In this document: piece after piece, positions 20,847 to 30,383 of the stretch
How the letters are laid out: every line of letters begins with the position of its first letter
Position numbering within the stretch: the first letter of the stretch is position 1
Virus record (IMG/VR): IMGVR_UViG_3300021959_007960
Coordinates: 91,387-155,386 of that record
Direction: 5' to 3' (one strand)
DNA length: 64,000 nucleotides
Origin: a virus
Notes under the pieces: model-generated
What the model saw: only the letters and a program-made list of their open reading frames with translations
Database searches by the model: none
Told to the model about the DNA's origin: nothing
Made by a program: the position numbers and the translations under genes

Positions 20847-21737
20847 TCAATACTTTCCTAATATACGGCCTTTGCTGGTTCTTCTAACATATCCCATCCT
20901 GACAAGATATGGCTCAATACTGTTTTCTATAGTATCCATAGCGATACCTGTCATGCTAGAAATGTTTTTTATTCCTAAAGCAGTACCTCTACTATCTTTA
21001 AGAACTTCCATATATTTTCTATCATTTTCATCTAATCCCGAGGAGTCTATCCCTTGTTCTGCAAAAACTTCTTCTACGCTTACAGAATCATCTTTAAAGT
21101 ACAATTTATAATTTTGATACCACTCTAGTCTAGCATTTAAAATACGAGGAGTACCTTTGCTTCTTACGGCAATTTGATATGCAGTATCATCGTTCATAGA
21201 CAATCCTGATCTTTGTGCATTCAATCTTGCTAGTTTAGCTAGTTCATCTTCAGTATAAAAAGTTAGATGTTCCTTGATTGTAAATCTATCATAGAAAGGT
21301 TGAGTTAAAGTACCACCACTAGTTGTAGCGCCAACTAAAGTAAATGGAGGTATTTCAATTTCTTCTGGCTCTGAGTCAACAGCAATATTAGCAGTAAAGT
21401 TTTCCATGACTGGATATAGAAATTCTTCTACTAACTTAGGAAGATTATGTATTTCATCAATAAACAAAACACAATCTCTTGTCACGTTATATAAATACTT
21501 CATGACATTTCCAACACTACGAATTGCTGCTGCATTGGCAGTAATTAATTCACTACCTAGTTCTTCAGCGATTGCTGCTGCTATTGTAGTTTTACCTAAA
21601 CCGGGAGGCCCGTCTAGCAACACATGGGATAATGGCTTGTTTTGTTGTTTAGAAGCAAAGGTAGATATTTTTAATCTTTTAATTACTTCTTCCTGACCAA
21701 TTACATCATCAAAAGAACTAGGTCTGAAACTTTGCAT
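20847..21737 (-). CDS. ruvB: Holliday junction branch migration helicase RuvB
   Basis: FRP..FDDVIGQ, GPPGLGKTT, LFIDEIH, FTLVGATT, GTPRI, IEPYL; start refined to ATG 21737. Confidence 0.95.
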   Translation of the reverse strand: MQSFRPSSFDDVIGQEEVIKRLKISTFASKQQNKPLSHVLLDGPPGLGKTTIAAAIAEELGSELITANAAAIRSVGNVMKYLYNVTRDCVLFIDEIHNLPKLVEEFLYPVMENFTANIAVDSEPEEIEIPPFTLVGATTSGGTLTQPFYDRFTIKEHLTFYTEDELAKLARLNAQRSGLSMNDDTAYQIAVRSKGTPRILNARLEWYQNYKLYFKDDSVSVEEVFAEQGIDSSGLDENDRKYMEVLKDSRGTALGIKNISSMTGIAMDTIENSIEPYLVRMGYVRRTSKGRILGKY

Positions 21738-21738
21738 C

Positions 21739-22182
21739 TTAATCTTCCTTAAAGTTTTTTGTCCAAAAAATAAAATCGTTTCTATCTTCATCAAAAGCAG
21801 AATCTAGATAGCCTTTTTTAACCAAAATTGAAATCATATTACTAATAAATCTTCTTTGAATATTTTCAATAATATGACCCACACCATCAATACTTATTAA
21901 ATATACTTTTTCTTTAGTCTTTTTGTGTCTTAATCTTTTAGCGGTATCTTTAACTATAGTCACACATTCCGAAAGGGCTAATAAATTGTTTAATTCTTCT
22001 TTTTCTTCATCTGTTAAATCGCTAATATCGCAATCAAGTAAAAATTCAGGTTCCTCTTCAGTATCTTCTTCGTCTATGTGTTTAAGTACTGAGCCGTTAA
22101 AGTTAATATAAACCATAGTTCTAAGATAGTTTGTAAACTTATCAAGGTCATCTATTTCTAACCATTCTGAATCTTTGCTCAT
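21739..22182 (-). CDS. Hypothetical protein
   Basis: 147 aa acidic ORF with AAGGA RBS. Confidence 0.7.
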   Translation of the reverse strand: MSKDSEWLEIDDLDKFTNYLRTMVYINFNGSVLKHIDEEDTEEEPEFLLDCDISDLTDEEKEELNNLLALSECVTIVKDTAKRLRHKKTKEKVYLISIDGVGHIIENIQRRFISNMISILVKKGYLDSAFDEDRNDFIFWTKNFKED

Positions 22183-22192
22183 TTTTATATCC

Positions 22193-22552
22193 TTAATTTA
22201 AGTTATCAAACAAACCTCTGTAGTAACGTGGTTCTTTTAATATGTATTTAGAGTGACTTTGTAAATAGTTTATATATCTCTGTGCAAGTTTATTATCAGT
22301 AAAGTACTCTTTTTTCCATAAAGGTTGACTTGCCATACCTTCTGGTAGTTCTATAGGTTCTGGGTTTGTATTTGCTCCCACTGTCCATACATTGTCTTGT
22401 TCTTGTACTATATCTTTAATAGCGTCTTCCAGCCATAATTCCCAAGTTTCCCAATCAAATTGAAACTCTATTGGTTCTTGGTTTGTTTCTGGGTAATAAT
22501 TGTAATAATCATCATCATATTCGTTATGTTCTGGTTCTTCTTTATCATACAT
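22193..22552 (-). CDS. Hypothetical acidic protein
   Basis: AGGAG RBS; sigma-70-like promoter at 22594-22621. Confidence 0.7.
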   Translation of the reverse strand: MYDKEEPEHNEYDDDYYNYYPETNQEPIEFQFDWETWELWLEDAIKDIVQEQDNVWTVGANTNPEPIELPEGMASQPLWKKEYFTDNKLAQRYINYLQSHSKYILKEPRYYRGLFDNLN

Positions 22553-22631
22553 AAGAAGGCTCCTGTCTAAGAAAGGTGTAGTACCTATTCTCTATTATAC
22601 CCCACAATTCAGAAATGTCAACACAGAAAAG

Positions 22632-22674
22632 AGGTGTGGCGGGATCGAACCGCCATAGCCCTAATTGCCCACCT
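22632..22674 (-). ncRNA. Mini tRNA-like element (T-arm plus closing stem)
   Basis: AGGTG...GGCGG-TTCGATC-CCGCC-A-CACCT. Confidence 0.45.
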
Positions 22675-22688
22675 ACTATCACAGGAAA

Positions 22689-23528
22689 CTAAAACTCATC
22701 ATCATCATCTTCTTCAAATTGATCCCAATAATCTTCATCATACTCATCGTAAACTGTAGAGTATTCTTCATTATCAACATAGGAGTCTGCTTCAAATTCA
22801 GCCTTATAAAGAGGCTTTGGCAATTCACCCTGATACAGACCGACTACTTCATATTTACAAGTACGAAGTTTCTCACAATTACAATCGCTAGGAACACTAA
22901 CAACATCTTCAGGATTGATTTTAACAATCACGATATTATCACCAGCATCAATACTACCATAAGTAGCGACATAGTTCAACGCACCTGCATGAAGACCTTG
23001 TGAACATCCAACCTTACGGTTATCGTCTACCTTTGCTCTACGCATTTCGCAGACCTTGCCAACACTATTGTCAAATGTACCTCTCCACTTATCCTTAAAA
23101 TTACTATTGACTGCTTTATATGCAAGGAAGCATCCGTCTTCAGTGATAGGTAGATTTTCATGCTCCAAGAAGTCATACAGTTCTTGCTGACTCTGCATAC
23201 TTGGATTTTGCATAAGATTTTCCAAGAACTTTACAAGAGGCTCGAAAGGCAAACCTTTGCTCATAAATTCTAGGATACGCTTACTGATGCTGCCATGAAC
23301 TTCTTCACCCTCAAACATTACCTTGCCATTTACGATTGATACCTGTCCTTGGCTAAAAGTAGCAACCGCTTTTTCAATGTCTACCAATTCTAGCAACTCA
23401 TCTTCTGTTGCTGTTGGTAGTGCCTCCAGAATCAACTTGTAATTAGTATGATCTGGAATTACTTGGTGAGACTTATTTTTTAAGATCACCGTCAAGTTAC
23501 CATCAACCCACATAAAAGGAACACTCAT
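22689..23528 (-). CDS. rIIB: rIIB-like protein
   Basis: ELYDFLEH..LPITEDGCFLAYKAV, CSQGLH, KINPEDVVSVP, KLRTCKYEVVG. Confidence 0.9.
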   Translation of the reverse strand: MSVPFMWVDGNLTVILKNKSHQVIPDHTNYKLILEALPTATEDELLELVDIEKAVATFSQGQVSIVNGKVMFEGEEVHGSISKRILEFMSKGLPFEPLVKFLENLMQNPSMQSQQELYDFLEHENLPITEDGCFLAYKAVNSNFKDKWRGTFDNSVGKVCEMRRAKVDDNRKVGCSQGLHAGALNYVATYGSIDAGDNIVIVKINPEDVVSVPSDCNCEKLRTCKYEVVGLYQGELPKPLYKAEFEADSYVDNEEYSTVYDEYDEDYWDQFEEDDDDEF

Positions 23529-23552
23529 AATTAAACTCCTGTGATAAAAACC

Positions 23553-26198
23553 TTAAACCAAATTTCCTATTGCTGTTCTCAGTTCGCTGAGTTCAACATT
23601 GTCAAACCATTTGTCTCGACCATAGTAACCATTGTTGTGAATATTTGTAGGATCACTGTCCTTGATCTTCTCAATATCCAACTCGTCGTTACTACTAACA
23701 ATATACTTTAGTATCGGTGACTTGTCAATAGTACCTTTAAGAATTTTTCTAAGAATATCCATTTTAGGCAGGGTCTTGATGATCGCCTGACTATGTGATT
23801 TCTTACCAGATGGCAATTCTTCATAACCATATAGTTTCTTAAATTCAAAAAGCATATTATCTAATTTAAGAATCTTAGTGTGAATATCCTTTGCATCTTC
23901 TACGATGTTGTATTCACTTGCTATATTATTTACATGCTGTTCAAGTCTTTGTCTACTAAATACTCTGAGATTAAAGTATTCACTATTTGCAACCTGAGCA
24001 AAGTAGTACATGAGTAGCCACTCATCAATAGCCTTAGTGACTGTCTCGTTTTTAATATAGTCTTTGTAGTCAAGACCATAGATATTTAAAAGATTAGCCA
24101 TGACAACTCTATCTGAACGCTCAGGCTGACTACTCCAACTTCTTGTCTTCTTAAAATCTGAAGTAGAATACTCTTTGTCACAATAGTTTATGACTGCATC
24201 ATACTTACCTACTTCTTCTCTTAATTTCTTAGAGATTTTTGCAGCCTTGCCCTTAAACCATTTGTTAAAGGAAACTAGATTGATGCCTTGCTTTTCTAGT
24301 TTAGATACTGAACTTTGCTTGATAGCATAGATATTATATCGCTTGAATAGTAAAGCACCTAAGACGTTATCTTTACCTGCTAGATTATAAATCTTATGTA
24401 AATCAGGATAAGGGCTAATAGACTTATATCTAGTAATAGGAACATAGATTACTTGTTCAGCATCTTCTAATCCTCCTATCAGACTATCACTTAATTCACT
24501 AAGCATGTTAGAGTCATTAAGATTATTACCACCAAGACTAGAACACTCATCTGGCTGGTAATCTTTAGAACTTTTTAGTAGAAAGATTTCGTCCTTACTG
24601 ATCATACCAGCACCAGTACCAGTTCTTCCCTTGGTACTAGATTGTAGCAGACTACGATACTCAGAGATATTCTTGACGTTTTCTTCGCCACCAATATCTT
24701 TGATAAGTTTAGCGAAACCCTCACCAGAATCTTCTGCTGGATTTTGAGTGTCTACCATAAGATATGCCATACAATCATTTTGATTACAATATCTAATCGC
24801 AATCTTCTTGGCAGTCTCAGGACTTCTAGTATCGCAGACAAAGAAGGCTAGAGGATTACTCTTACGCTTATTATCCCAATAATTAGACGATCTACCCTGT
24901 AGACTTTCGTGATGGATTTTATCTGTTAGATATAGCATTCTCTTAGAACGATGACTAGCAGTACGATAATTAATAACATACAACTGTTTGTGCTTACCTA
25001 ATTTATAATCTAAATCTTCACCAGCAGACAAATCATGCTTTTTGCCTTCTGGATCAACCCACTCTGCACCAGCAGTATATCCACCAGCAATATCAGCCAG
25101 CTTATAATATGTCTGGTAAGCATCTACAAGATTAGTACACTCTTCAACCTTGGTTGACATATTGCTCTTGAGTTGTAGATAAATATCTTGAGTCTTTTCT
25201 CTAAGAGTTTTAATAACACCCTTAGTATACTGTAGACCTTCTCTACTAACATCCATCTCTAGTTCACCAATATCGCAGGTAATTTCAAGATACATACCAG
25301 AATTTAGAATCTCTTTGACTAGATTAGTCCAGTTATCTACGTCTGCTTTCTTAAATGCTCTGTTCCATCTTTGGATAGCATCACTCTTTTGCTCTTGTTC
25401 TTCTTTGCCGATAATTTTATCGGAATCTACTGGGTACGCAATATTACCCATGATAGCCACAATACCAGCACCGGGACTATTATATGTGCTAGGATATTTG
25501 TCATCATTATCAGAGATTCTACCAACACGCCAGTTTGTTCCTTCTATAATTGTATTAGTATGAGAATAAGCATGATTATGAAGAAGTCTGCAAGTACCAC
25601 CTTCCATCATCGGTTTAGTCTTAAAGTAATGAAAGATTCTTTTAGACTTATTAGTAAACTCTTGGAAGTCGCTTTGCTTTACTGCAAAACTAATCTCAAG
25701 ACCATTAGGCTCATCGGTATGACTGATTCCGAATAGACTTAGACTAGGCACACCATTCTCGTCCATAGCCGCTATGTAGTTGTATGCTTGCCCATTGTAG
25801 TAACTAGTTGTACTAAAACTCTTAGTGTAAGCAAATGGACTCTTAGAACCAAGACCAAGACAACCAGTAAAATCGTTACTGTCATTCTTATTACTAGCCC
25901 CGTAAGTCGTATAAAGTTCTTCCATGTCTTCCTGAGAAAGTCCCGTACCATAATCTCTCACCGTAAAATTGGGATTAGCTTGCGTAGGTAGAACAACCTT
26001 AAAGGGATTCCGATTCCCTGCCGCAATATGAGCATCGTTAGCATTAGTGGACAGTTCACGAATAACTGCCATCACTTTATCAGAATACAAGGAGTCTGAT
26101 AAAATCTTAAACATTTTACTTGTTTGAGCAATACTAAACTGGTTATTGCTGTCAACACCATTAGAATGAATTTCAACTGTACGATCTGCAAGTTTCAT
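23553..26198 (-). CDS. rIIA: rIIA-like protein (GHKL ATPase N-terminus)
   Basis: KMFKILSDSLYSDK.AVIRELSTNANDAH, VRDYGTGLS, GLGSKSPFAY; adjacent to rIIB. Confidence 0.9.
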   Translation of the reverse strand: MKLADRTVEIHSNGVDSNNQFSIAQTSKMFKILSDSLYSDKVMAVIRELSTNANDAHIAAGNRNPFKVVLPTQANPNFTVRDYGTGLSQEDMEELYTTYGASNKNDSNDFTGCLGLGSKSPFAYTKSFSTTSYYNGQAYNYIAAMDENGVPSLSLFGISHTDEPNGLEISFAVKQSDFQEFTNKSKRIFHYFKTKPMMEGGTCRLLHNHAYSHTNTIIEGTNWRVGRISDNDDKYPSTYNSPGAGIVAIMGNIAYPVDSDKIIGKEEQEQKSDAIQRWNRAFKKADVDNWTNLVKEILNSGMYLEITCDIGELEMDVSREGLQYTKGVIKTLREKTQDIYLQLKSNMSTKVEECTNLVDAYQTYYKLADIAGGYTAGAEWVDPEGKKHDLSAGEDLDYKLGKHKQLYVINYRTASHRSKRMLYLTDKIHHESLQGRSSNYWDNKRKSNPLAFFVCDTRSPETAKKIAIRYCNQNDCMAYLMVDTQNPAEDSGEGFAKLIKDIGGEENVKNISEYRSLLQSSTKGRTGTGAGMISKDEIFLLKSSKDYQPDECSSLGGNNLNDSNMLSELSDSLIGGLEDAEQVIYVPITRYKSISPYPDLHKIYNLAGKDNVLGALLFKRYNIYAIKQSSVSKLEKQGINLVSFNKWFKGKAAKISKKLREEVGKYDAVINYCDKEYSTSDFKKTRSWSSQPERSDRVVMANLLNIYGLDYKDYIKNETVTKAIDEWLLMYYFAQVANSEYFNLRVFSRQRLEQHVNNIASEYNIVEDAKDIHTKILKLDNMLFEFKKLYGYEELPSGKKSHSQAIIKTLPKMDILRKILKGTIDKSPILKYIVSSNDELDIEKIKDSDPTNIHNNGYYGRDKWFDNVELSELRTAIGNLV

Positions 26199-26240
26199 TT
26201 GTAGTCTCCAAAAAAAAGTTTCCTGTCCTGTGATATTCTA

Positions 26241-26269
26241 ATTATATCATCGTCTGTTTGCTGTGTCAA
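26241..26269 (-). promoter_or_regulatory. Sigma-70 consensus promoter for rIIA/rIIB
   Basis: TTGACA-N17-TATAAT with GACGATG in the spacer. Confidence 0.85.
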
Positions 26270-26272
26270 GCA

Positions 26273-26542
26273 TTAATCTGATTCGGGATTTTCTGAATCA
26301 TCTTCGTAATCTTCTGGCTCGACATGATAAGGATCAAATTCCTCTTCATCTTCTTCACCAGCTTCTTCTATAAACTCAAACATAGACATTTTATCAAGTA
26401 AAAAATCTAGTTTGTCATCTATAATTGATAAACTTTTAATCATGCTATTTGTCCTTTTAACTAATACATTATATTTAGTTTCTAAAGACTTATGATGTTT
26501 ATCTATTTCTATTAGGACTTTTTCTAATTCGTTATCTGCCAC
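26273..26542 (-). CDS. Hypothetical coiled-coil/acidic protein
   Basis: GTG start at 26542 after GGAGG RBS. Confidence 0.65.
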   Translation of the reverse strand: MADNELEKVLIEIDKHHKSLETKYNVLVKRTNSMIKSLSIIDDKLDFLLDKMSMFEFIEEAGEEDEEEFDPYHVEPEDYEDDSENPESD

Positions 26543-26632
26543 ATTAATACCTCCAGATAAAAATATCAGTGTATTAATTTTATACACCAAATACTGCACC
26601 AATCAATATCTATCCAATAATTCATTATTTAC

Positions 26633-27325
26633 CATTTACATTCCTATATGCTTGACAAATTATCGTATCTCTCTAGTAAATCACCCATTATCCTATTTAT
26701 AAAAAATATCTCGCACTCATTAAATTTATTTAAATATTCTTTATGATCTAGGTTTCTTACATGACTGATTAAGCCGTTATTAACAATATCGTCACTTCGA
26801 TCTTTACCATGAAAAACAAATTCATTCTTAAAATTATTATACACTTTATCTAATAAATCTATCCTATCAATTTTATTAAGAATTAAAGACATATATCTTT
26901 TAGGTTTATCCATTATGTCTTCGTATTTCAGAAAACAAACATTACTTATGCTTAATATTTTTTCATACACATTTCTTTGTCTCTGTAGTAATTTGCCACT
27001 AATAACATATTCTGACAAACTTGATTCTCTAATTTCTTTTCTACGTTTCCATGATTCATCGTTAAAATTATCAGTACAGTGTGTCCATCCAACAGAATAA
27101 TATCTAGAAATTATTCTATTTATAGGATGTCTCAATACGATAATATCAGAATCTTTAGTAGACTGAAACCATTCTTGGTGGTTTGCTTCGGAAAACACTC
27201 TGTCAAAATCTATAACATTATGATTACATAAATGGTTAATATAATCGTATATTGTACTCTGTAAACTACTACCAGATTTATGTATCGCTCTAATCTTTAG
27301 TTGATGGTTGGTCATTTACATTCCT
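26633..27325. repeat. 13-bp direct repeat flanking the sulfotransferase gene
   Basis: CATTTACATTCCT at 26633-26645 and 27313-27325. Confidence 0.85.
26644..27315 (-). CDS. Sulfotransferase-family protein
   Basis: HKSGSS (5'-PSB-like), LRHPINRIISRY (3'-PB-like), KYED. Confidence 0.7.
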   Translation of the reverse strand: MTNHQLKIRAIHKSGSSLQSTIYDYINHLCNHNVIDFDRVFSEANHQEWFQSTKDSDIIVLRHPINRIISRYYSVGWTHCTDNFNDESWKRRKEIRESSLSEYVISGKLLQRQRNVYEKILSISNVCFLKYEDIMDKPKRYMSLILNKIDRIDLLDKVYNNFKNEFVFHGKDRSDDIVNNGLISHVRNLDHKEYLNKFNECEIFFINRIMGDLLERYDNLSSI

Positions 27326-27532
27326 GTATTCTTCATCAGTCCACATTTTGTATACTAAATAAAAATCTCTAGGTTTCCACTGTCTCACCTTTTCCATATC
27401 GGATACTTCTCCCCTTGGAACGGAGAGAAGCATCACTAGATATAAAAATAGCAACCCAAAAATAATCCAAAAACTTTTATCTTTAGTCAATAGTCTGTGT
27501 TTCTCTACCATTACGAGTAATTGCAGCAGCAA
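27290..27532 (-). CDS. Small membrane protein (start uncertain)
   Basis: Hydrophobic FWIIFGLLFLYLVMLLSV segment. Confidence 0.55.
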   Translation of the reverse strand: MLLQLLVMVEKHRLLTKDKSFWIIFGLLFLYLVMLLSVPRGEVSDMEKVRQWKPRDFYLVYKMWTDEEYRNVNDQPSTKD

Positions 27533-28460
27533 ATGCTCTTAAATCTACGTTATCATTAATAGTTCTAGTAGAACCGTCTGAATATACGCAGTTCATTACG
27601 CCGGGGTGCATACTATATGCTTCACCGTCATTAATAACATTAAATGGCACATTGCCAGCACAATTCTTACATTTATCACCATTAGAATCAACACCATGTA
27701 ATTTAAATGGCCCCAATGAATCTGCCCAACTAATACACTGGTTAGTATTCCCTGTAGCACTTTTACCATTACTAGCTTTATAAGTATCAGGTCTGCTTGC
27801 ACACTCTACAATCATAAGAGTGTTAGAAAAACCATCAACAATTTCTTGCTCTTTAGTTACTTTATCTTTAATTAAACAACCATCATCATTAGTTTTACTT
27901 GCATAAGGATCGCTACCAGCAGGAAAGATTTTATCTTTTACCCCAGTGAACACCTCATAGTCTGTATAACCAAGAAGATTAGGGTCTAAACTTGGTGCAG
28001 CACTGTCGCTATCTCTACTAGGCCCATCAATACTGACATACCCACCCACAGGAGGAAGGGCAGTTGGACATTTAAATACAGATGCTTCTGTAACAATAGC
28101 GGCAGTATTTTGCCACCAATGTTTATTGAAGTCATAAATGTTTGCTACGTTACCCTGTTCTAAATTTGCCAAAACAAATGCTCTCCAGCTATGTTCTGTT
28201 CGTGAAGGATTGCCGAGAGAACTAGGAGTTTCAGATAGGTCTTTAGCTTCAACAGTCCATGCGGCAGCAGGAAAATATCTTTTTTGATCTAAACTCATGT
28301 GCATAGCCAAACCTTGTTGTTTTAAATTATTAGAACAAGATGCTCGTCTTGCTGCTTCTCTAGCAGATTGTACAGCAGGTAGTAATAAACCTACTAAAAC
28401 GCCGATAATTGCAATAACTACCAGTAATTCGATGAGAGTAAAACCTTTGCGATTTTTCAT
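27483..28460 (-). CDS. DUF1559 prepilin-type N-methylation protein (planctomycete family)
   Basis: GFTLIELLVVIAIIGVLVGLLLPAVQSAREAARRASCSNNLKQ, HSW, FKCP, C-terminal H-X9-DG (HPGVMNCVYSDG). Confidence 0.95.
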   Translation of the reverse strand: MKNRKGFTLIELLVVIAIIGVLVGLLLPAVQSAREAARRASCSNNLKQQGLAMHMSLDQKRYFPAAAWTVEAKDLSETPSSLGNPSRTEHSWRAFVLANLEQGNVANIYDFNKHWWQNTAAIVTEASVFKCPTALPPVGGYVSIDGPSRDSDSAAPSLDPNLLGYTDYEVFTGVKDKIFPAGSDPYASKTNDDGCLIKDKVTKEQEIVDGFSNTLMIVECASRPDTYKASNGKSATGNTNQCISWADSLGPFKLHGVDSNGDKCKNCAGNVPFNVINDGEAYSMHPGVMNCVYSDGSTRTINDNVDLRAFAAAITRNGRETQTID

Positions 28461-28575
28461 TATAAATTCCTCTTATATGGGGAAGTTTGGCGAGAGACTA
28501 CAATTAGCCTTGATTACCTATTATACCCATACCGGCAAAAAATACAAGGTCATAGACTGTTAGTATTGTGTTAAG

Positions 28576-28896
28576 TTAATAAGAATAAATATGTACAGGA
28601 TTGCCCGTTAATTCTCTAATAAATTGTGTTGCTTCATGTATATCATAAAAATCAGCTATGGCTTTTCTGGATCTAAAATAATCTTTTTTATATACAGCAA
28701 ATACTCTGTAAAATGGATCATCTAAACCAAACTCATCAGTATCTAAAAAATCTTCTGCTGTTTTTAATTCTTGTATAATAGTACCACCATCGTAGTCATT
28801 CATTTCTCTACAAGTGATAATTTCAAAAGCATTAATAACAGATTGTTTATTAGTATTTAATGTAAAAGCATTACACAGTCTGTTTGACCGCTGCAT
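28576..28896 (-). CDS. Hypothetical protein
   Basis: 106 aa ORF with AGGAG RBS. Confidence 0.65.
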   Translation of the reverse strand: MQRSNRLCNAFTLNTNKQSVINAFEIITCREMNDYDGGTIIQELKTAEDFLDTDEFGLDDPFYRVFAVYKKDYFRSRKAIADFYDIHEATQFIRELTGNPVHIYSY

Positions 28897-29056
28897 TTTC
28901 TTGCTCCTGTAATTGTTTTTGTGCTTTGTGTAATTGTCTCAGTCTTTCTTTTTGTAGATAGTCGTAATATCCTAGAAAAACTTGAGAAGTGATTACGCCC
29001 ATCCCTGCGATGAGCGTAACCACAATACCGCACACGAATAGTGCGAAATTATCCAT
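28871..29056 (-). CDS. Small membrane protein
   Basis: N-terminal TM segment. Confidence 0.6.
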   Translation of the reverse strand: MDNFALFVCGIVVTLIAGMGVITSQVFLGYYDYLQKERLRQLHKAQKQLQEQENAAVKQTV

Positions 29057-29216
29057 TATTAAAATATCCCCCTAGCGAAAGGATGCTAGGAACCCATAGA
29101 CCAACAAAAATAGCCTGTTCCTTGGCAGTTGATTGATCTCCTAAAAACCAAAGAGAAACACTTAGTACAAAACTGGCAAACGCCGCTACAATAAAGTAAC
29201 TCTTACTATTCATCAT
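29049..29216 (-). CDS. Small two-TM membrane protein
   Basis: Not in the track; MMNSKSYFIVAAFASFVLSVSLWF...AIFVGLWVPSILSLG. Confidence 0.6.
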   Translation of the reverse strand: MMNSKSYFIVAAFASFVLSVSLWFLGDQSTAKEQAIFVGLWVPSILSLGGYFNNG

Positions 29217-29241
29217 CTATCTTTCTAGTTAAGGTAAAACA

Positions 29242-29649
29242 TTAAAACATATTATCATAAGCTGCATCCCACAACTTATCAAAAATCTCTTCCATCATTT
29301 TATCGTTATATTTTCTTGCATCTTTATCTTTTGCAAAGAAGCCTATTTGGTCTAATCTTTCTTTGTATAGTTCAAGAAAACTTTCTTTAGTTTTTCTTTT
29401 ACACTTTATATGGCCTCGGAACATAGCAACACAATGTACTATTTCCATATAGGTATCAATAACACCAGCTACAAATTTCCATTGTTCTCTAGATAATTCT
29501 ATGGTAGCGAAATTTTTTTCGTGTTCGTATTCTTCTTTATCTAGTGGAGTACCATATAGATGATTTTGTTGTATTAAAAATTCATCATCATCTTCAGCAA
29601 CCCAATCTCCTGATCTTATCATGTCTGTTATATCTTGCCAATCACTCAT
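29242..29649 (-). CDS. Hypothetical protein
   Basis: 135 aa ORF with AAGGA RBS. Confidence 0.65.
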   Translation of the reverse strand: MSDWQDITDMIRSGDWVAEDDDEFLIQQNHLYGTPLDKEEYEHEKNFATIELSREQWKFVAGVIDTYMEIVHCVAMFRGHIKCKRKTKESFLELYKERLDQIGFFAKDKDARKYNDKMMEEIFDKLWDAAYDNMF

Positions 29650-29685
29650 AATTTATTCCTTTGATTAAATTAATATTACAAATAA

Positions 29686-29758
29686 TAGGAGTGGCGGGAG
29701 TCGAACCCGCACTGGAAGGATTTTAAGTCCTTTGTCTCTGCCTTTGGACTACACTCCC
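29686..29758 (-). tRNA. tRNA-Leu(UAA), short variable arm, CCA not encoded
   Basis: GGGAGTG/CACTCCT acceptor; AAGGA-CTTAAAA-TCCTT anticodon arm; GCGGG-TTCGACT-CCCGC T-arm. Confidence 0.95.
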
Positions 29759-29765
29759 AAAACCT

Positions 29766-30014
29766 CTATGAAATCTCTTGTAATTTTTTTGAGAGTGCTA
29801 CTAATTCATCAATATTAGTAGAATCACTTTGGTTTTGAAGAGTAGGTATTTCAACACCCTTAGAGCGCAGAGTGTCCTTCATCTTTTTATAACGGGTCTT
29901 TGTAGAACTTACAGTTTGACCAACCATTCTAGCAAGTTCTGGGAATGTTTTGCAGGCATGGACTGCCATTAAAAACATCTGATCGTTACATCTGCCACAA
30001 GTTTTTTTACTCAT
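29766..30014 (-). CDS. Small HTH-like protein
   Basis: TFPELARMVGQTVSSTKTR. Confidence 0.55.
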   Translation of the reverse strand: MSKKTCGRCNDQMFLMAVHACKTFPELARMVGQTVSSTKTRYKKMKDTLRSKGVEIPTLQNQSDSTNIDELVALSKKLQEIS

Positions 30015-30053
30015 TTTATTTCCTTTCCAATTAGAGTAAGTAATACTGCTTGT

Positions 30054-30094
30054 ATTCTATCCTATAGTATCGTCTTTGTCAACCACTATCTTTA
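30054..30094 (-). promoter_or_regulatory. Interleaved sigma-70 and sigma-28-type promoter
   Basis: TAAAGATA-N12-GACGATAC overlapping TTGACA-N17-TAGAAT. Confidence 0.75.
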
Positions 30095-30110
30095 CTTTTT
30101 TTAAAAAACT

Positions 30111-30190
30111 CGTAAGTCCTTGTCAGATAAAGACTTACGTTAAATAGTACTTTCTAAATAACGTAAGTCCTTTTGTAGTAACGAGTTAGC
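30111..30190. repeat. Two tandem 11-7-11 imperfect palindromes
   Basis: CGTAAGTCCTT-N7-AAAGACTTACG (30111-30139) and CGTAAGTCCTT-N7-AACGAGTTAGC (30162-30190). Confidence 0.7.
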
Positions 30191-30194
30191 TACT

Positions 30195-30383
30195 TTAATC
30201 TTCTTTTTTTGGCAACAATATACCTAATAGTAAGTATACCCAAAAGATAATACTACCAGAGGCAATAGCACCAAAAACAGTTAGTAGTCTAATAATAGTA
30301 ACATCAATGCCTGTGTAATCAGATAGACCAGCACAAACACCAAAAATCATACCGTCTTTTTTATTTTTCAATAAGTTACTCAT
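30195..30383 (-). CDS. PspC-domain membrane protein
   Basis: KKDGMIFGVCAGLSDYTGIDVTIIRL...YLLLGILLP. Confidence 0.9.
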   Translation of the reverse strand: MSNLLKNKKDGMIFGVCAGLSDYTGIDVTIIRLLTVFGAIASGSIIFWVYLLLGILLPKKED

